64,000 bases of DNA from Antedon mediterranea. Taxonomy: Eukaryota; Animalia; Echinodermata. The position numbers were made by a program, and so were the translations under genes. Below the pieces are notes generated by a model. It saw only the letters and a list, made by a program, of their open reading frames with translations. It searched no databases and had not been told where the DNA came from. Numbering within the stretch: position 1 is the first letter of the stretch; each line of letters opens with the position of its first letter. Where the stretch lies: positions 4,397,812 to 4,461,811 of the forward strand of contig NC_092675.1 of NCBI RefSeq assembly GCF_964355755.1. The letters run 5' to 3'. Below, piece by piece: positions 60,497-64,000 of the stretch.

Positions 60497-62115
60497 AGAG
60501 GTCTGGGGAAGGCAACACATGTAATGGTTTCAACCAGCATATACAACAAGTATCAACATTGTCTGATCGCACTGTTATGCCCCCACCACAAGGACGTTAC
60601 CCACTGAATAATCACCATTCTAACAGGTCAATATCAGGGCAATCTCCAACCCCAAGTGAGATAACAAACATCCGCTACACACCTCGCAACGGCACAATGA
60701 ATGTGTTAGGATCCATTGGTGGTACAAGTACCAACTTTTCTGGTGGATTGAATGGTGTAATTAAACAAGAAGTACACTCTAATGGCTACAGACATTTACC
60801 AAGTTTGACCCCACAAACAAGTGTTGGTCCAAGCTCTCACGCGGGCAGTGAGATTGGTGACAATTTACAGCCTAGTTCAGCATTGTCACACTATGCTTCT
60901 AGCAACATCTCACTTTCGCCATTTCCACCAGAATTTTCACCAAGTAGCTCCAGTTTTGCCAGTCCACGTCATTCAGCAAGGTCGGCAAGGTCACGCAAAC
61001 GTACATTATCTGTGTCGCCTCTGTCTGCCGATGGCATTGACATTTGTCAACTTATCCGTACAAGCCCAACATCATTGGTTGCGTTTATTAATGGGTCGCG
61101 TGGTTCATCTGCATCACTTTCTCCATCCCCTGGAATGCATGGTGAATATGGACATTTATCTGCCCGGAACAATATCAGTCCCATGTCAGTTGCTTCATCT
61201 TGCACACAGAATTACCAGCAACCTCCTCATGCGGATCTGACAACATGTCCTCCACCTCCTCCTTACCATCCTCCAAAACAACAACAGCAGCAGCAACAGC
61301 AACAACCACAAGAAGATTATAATGTGTACCAGCACATGCAACAGATTGAGCAAGGGCCTTTGAGTGCTGCAAATCAACCCATGCCGAGTCAATTGATTGT
61401 GCAGTCAAGAGATCAAGCCATGCAAGAACTCTGCACAGATTTCTCCACATACAAACAGGAACCTATGGATATATATCCACAAACATCTTCCTACCAACCA
61501 AATCAGTCTTTTCCAAACACAAGCACTTTTGCTGCGAATACTGCAAATTTTCCTGTTAGTACATACGAGCCGTCGTCGGCTCCATACCAACAAGAGCCTC
61601 ACTTCTCACAACCTAATAACAACTACAACCAACAGGGTAACTCATTTGCTATTGCACCATCCATTATGCCATCAAACAATATGGGAGCTTCAATGACACC
61701 TAACTACCATCCACCTCATCCATCTGTTGGCTTTGAACCAAACCTGCCACCAATTGGTATGGCTAATCATCCAGAACCTCTTCCACCCCCTCCTCCATAT
61801 AATCAACACATAGATACAACCAATCCAGTGGTTAGCAACAGACAGACACAAGATTCTCCATCATCTGTCAATACAGACCAGACAGAGGTTGACAGCAAGC
61901 TGCATTTGTGTAAGTGGATTGATTGTAATGCAGCATTCGAGGAGCAAGACGACCATGTCAGACACATCGAGAAAGTTCATATAGACCAACGTAAGGGAGA
62001 AGATTTCACATGTTTCTGGCAAGGTTGCACTCGACGATACAAACCCTTCAATGCACGTTATAAATTACTGATTCACATGAGGGTTCACTCTGGAGAGAAA
62101 CCAAACAAATGCACG
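60497..62115 (+). CDS. GLIS3: GLIS1/GLIS3-family Kruppel-like zinc finger transcription factor, large exon; gene continues beyond the window
   Basis: Acceptor TTTCAG ending at 60496, donor at 62116. Zinc fingers CKWIDC..HVRHIEKVHIDQRKGEDFTCFWQGCTRRYKPFNARYKLLIHMRVHSGEKPNKCT are typical of GLIS1/3. The GLI/GLIS3 N-terminal conserved region is present (RKRTLSVSPLS..IRTSPTSLVAFING..YGHL). Probably a pro-ortholog of GLIS1 and GLIS3. Confidence 0.93.
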
Positions 62116-64000
62116 GTATGTTTGATTTTTATTAAATCGCTTTTTTACATGCTAATTAAAAGATTGCACTCCAATACACCGATGTTTGTTTCTTATCATA
62201 TTCCCTTGTGCTTTGGTTGAATGCTTTTCAACTTAACTATCTTTTAAAGTCCTAAAACAGTGGTTTGATGTAGATTTCTGTGGATATAAAACAGGGCTGA
62301 ACACTTAAGTGTTTATACCATGTCATCGATTTTCTCTCAATATGTTATTGCTCAAACAGTCATCTTTAATATATTAAAGCATTTCCATTTTGAATAAAGC
62401 ATTATGGTCAAATAATATACTGTACAGGAGTTGTGTAAAGTAATAACTTAATTAATATGCTACTTTATTTCAGTTTTTCAACATGCACTTTTTATAAAGA
62501 TATACAATTATGCTAGCAGTGGCATGTCATTGATTTGTGATGGAGAAACTTATTGTTGTGGATTCCTAACTTATTTTAACAATAAGGAAATTCCAGTGAG
62601 ATGCTTTAAAACACAAGAACAATAGCATCATCATAAATTGGTGATGATAACATAGATTTTTATGAATACTTAAGCTTTAAACATTATGTAAGCTTAGAGC
62701 ATCTCCCTGGTAAGATATAGAATTTCTGTCTGATTGTGGTATGTAGATTGAAAATTTACTACCCCATAGAGAATTTAAAAGCATGATTTTAACACAAAAA
62801 GGCACCTGTTTCTGTCTCTCTACATATAAAATCTCCTAAATTGTAAGGAAACAATTTCTTAATATAATATTTAATATTTAACATTAACCAAGACAGATTT
62901 TACTATATTTACTATTTTACTTAAAAAATTGCAAAACATATTGTGTGTTTCCAAAATATATAATATTTACTATTCTGCTCAAAGATGGTAGCAGCTGAAT
63001 TAGAAAAGATTTTAATAGTTGTTGCGATGGATTTCTGCTGGCTAAACTATTCCAAGAAAGGAATAAAGCTAAACAGTGTCAGGTGTACATTAAGAATCCA
63101 TGTACATTCATGCTAACCTACATCAGTGAACCCATTGAGTTCAGTGTCCAAATACTTGTGTCCAAATAGCTATGTTGTTGAATTCTAATTTAATAGTTGC
63201 TATTATATAACACCTAAATAGATTCCTGTCATTTGATTGGATGATTATTGATCACGTGGTGTCTGAGTAAACTTAATGTTAAACAATCATGTAATATCCA
63301 ATCATCCGGAAGCAGCAACGCGAGGAGGCGTGACCCCCGCTTCAACACAACAACAAGAAAATTGAGATATGTTGCATTTTTTCTCTTTTGAATAATGATA
63401 TTGCTAAATAACCTACTTGATGCAGACTCTTCAAACAAAAAATGGAGAGTTTTAAAAACAATTTCATCTTTCATGAATGTCTCAACCCATTAGTAAAGAA
63501 ATACACAACAACAAACATTGAGCTTCCAGGAATTATAGTTTTACATCACATGTTTTTAAAATGCATGTTCGGTCATTGTGCTTTTCTGTTTTTAAAACAC
63601 AGAATCCTGTAAACATTGTTGAAGGAGTGTACGATAGTTGTTTTTGTCATAAATGGAAAGCAGAACATTTGTTATAAGGACATTGACCACAAACATACCT
63701 CAAAATGCCATCAAGTTCCACATAAGTAACTCACTCACTCTGTGTATCATAACATTCACTAGTAACAAACGTTCCACTGCATGTTTTTATATATCAAAAA
63801 ATTATTATATAAACATGTTTTTTTATGTACTTTCTTTGTTTACTACTTCTGATCCTTTTATAAATCAAATTGTCAATTTTAGTACAAATGTTCTAGGACC
63901 ACCTGTCGAACTTCTTGGTGCATTGAAGTAAAAACTACCAGATATATAAGTTTAAATTGAACATTGTGTGTGTCAGTCTATTACGTGACTAGCTTACCTG

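Noticed and set aside
60439-62220. 593-aa ORF as a complete protein, and its overlapping ORFs
   Set aside because: Both ends run into introns (true exon 60497-62115); the overlapping frames are shadows.

Overview
AT-rich, intron-containing animal genomic DNA, most likely an invertebrate deuterostome given the Deu-domain SINEs and gene similarities (inference). It holds four + strand spliced genes, whose exons I reconstructed by hand from GT-AG sites and reading phase. (1) KRI1, 5'-partial, 15 exons, 653-8079. (2) ZFAND4/ANUBL1, complete, 9 exons, 9119-15194. (3) A PARM1-like type-I mucin membrane protein, complete, 5 exons, 29897-32797. (4) A GLIS1/3 zinc-finger gene, 3'-partial, with exons 41954-42254 and 60497-62115. 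Non-coding DNA is dense with small transposon relics: Harbinger-, MULE-, hAT-, Kolobok- and Tc2-like MITEs, Rex1/Babar and other LINE 3' ends, and Deu-type SINEs. The most unusual signals are four. TA-N3/4-TA words (TACAGTA, TACCGTA, TAGGCCTA) are pervasive and look like DNA-transposon excision footprints, with one caught inside a MITE copy. A family of elements carries a tRNA-type Pol III promoter between inverted repeats. A hairpin repeated three times around GLIS displays the U1 snRNA 5' sequence. There is also a candidate spliced antisense transcript at the GLIS 5' end. Most ORFs in the supplied track are spurious.
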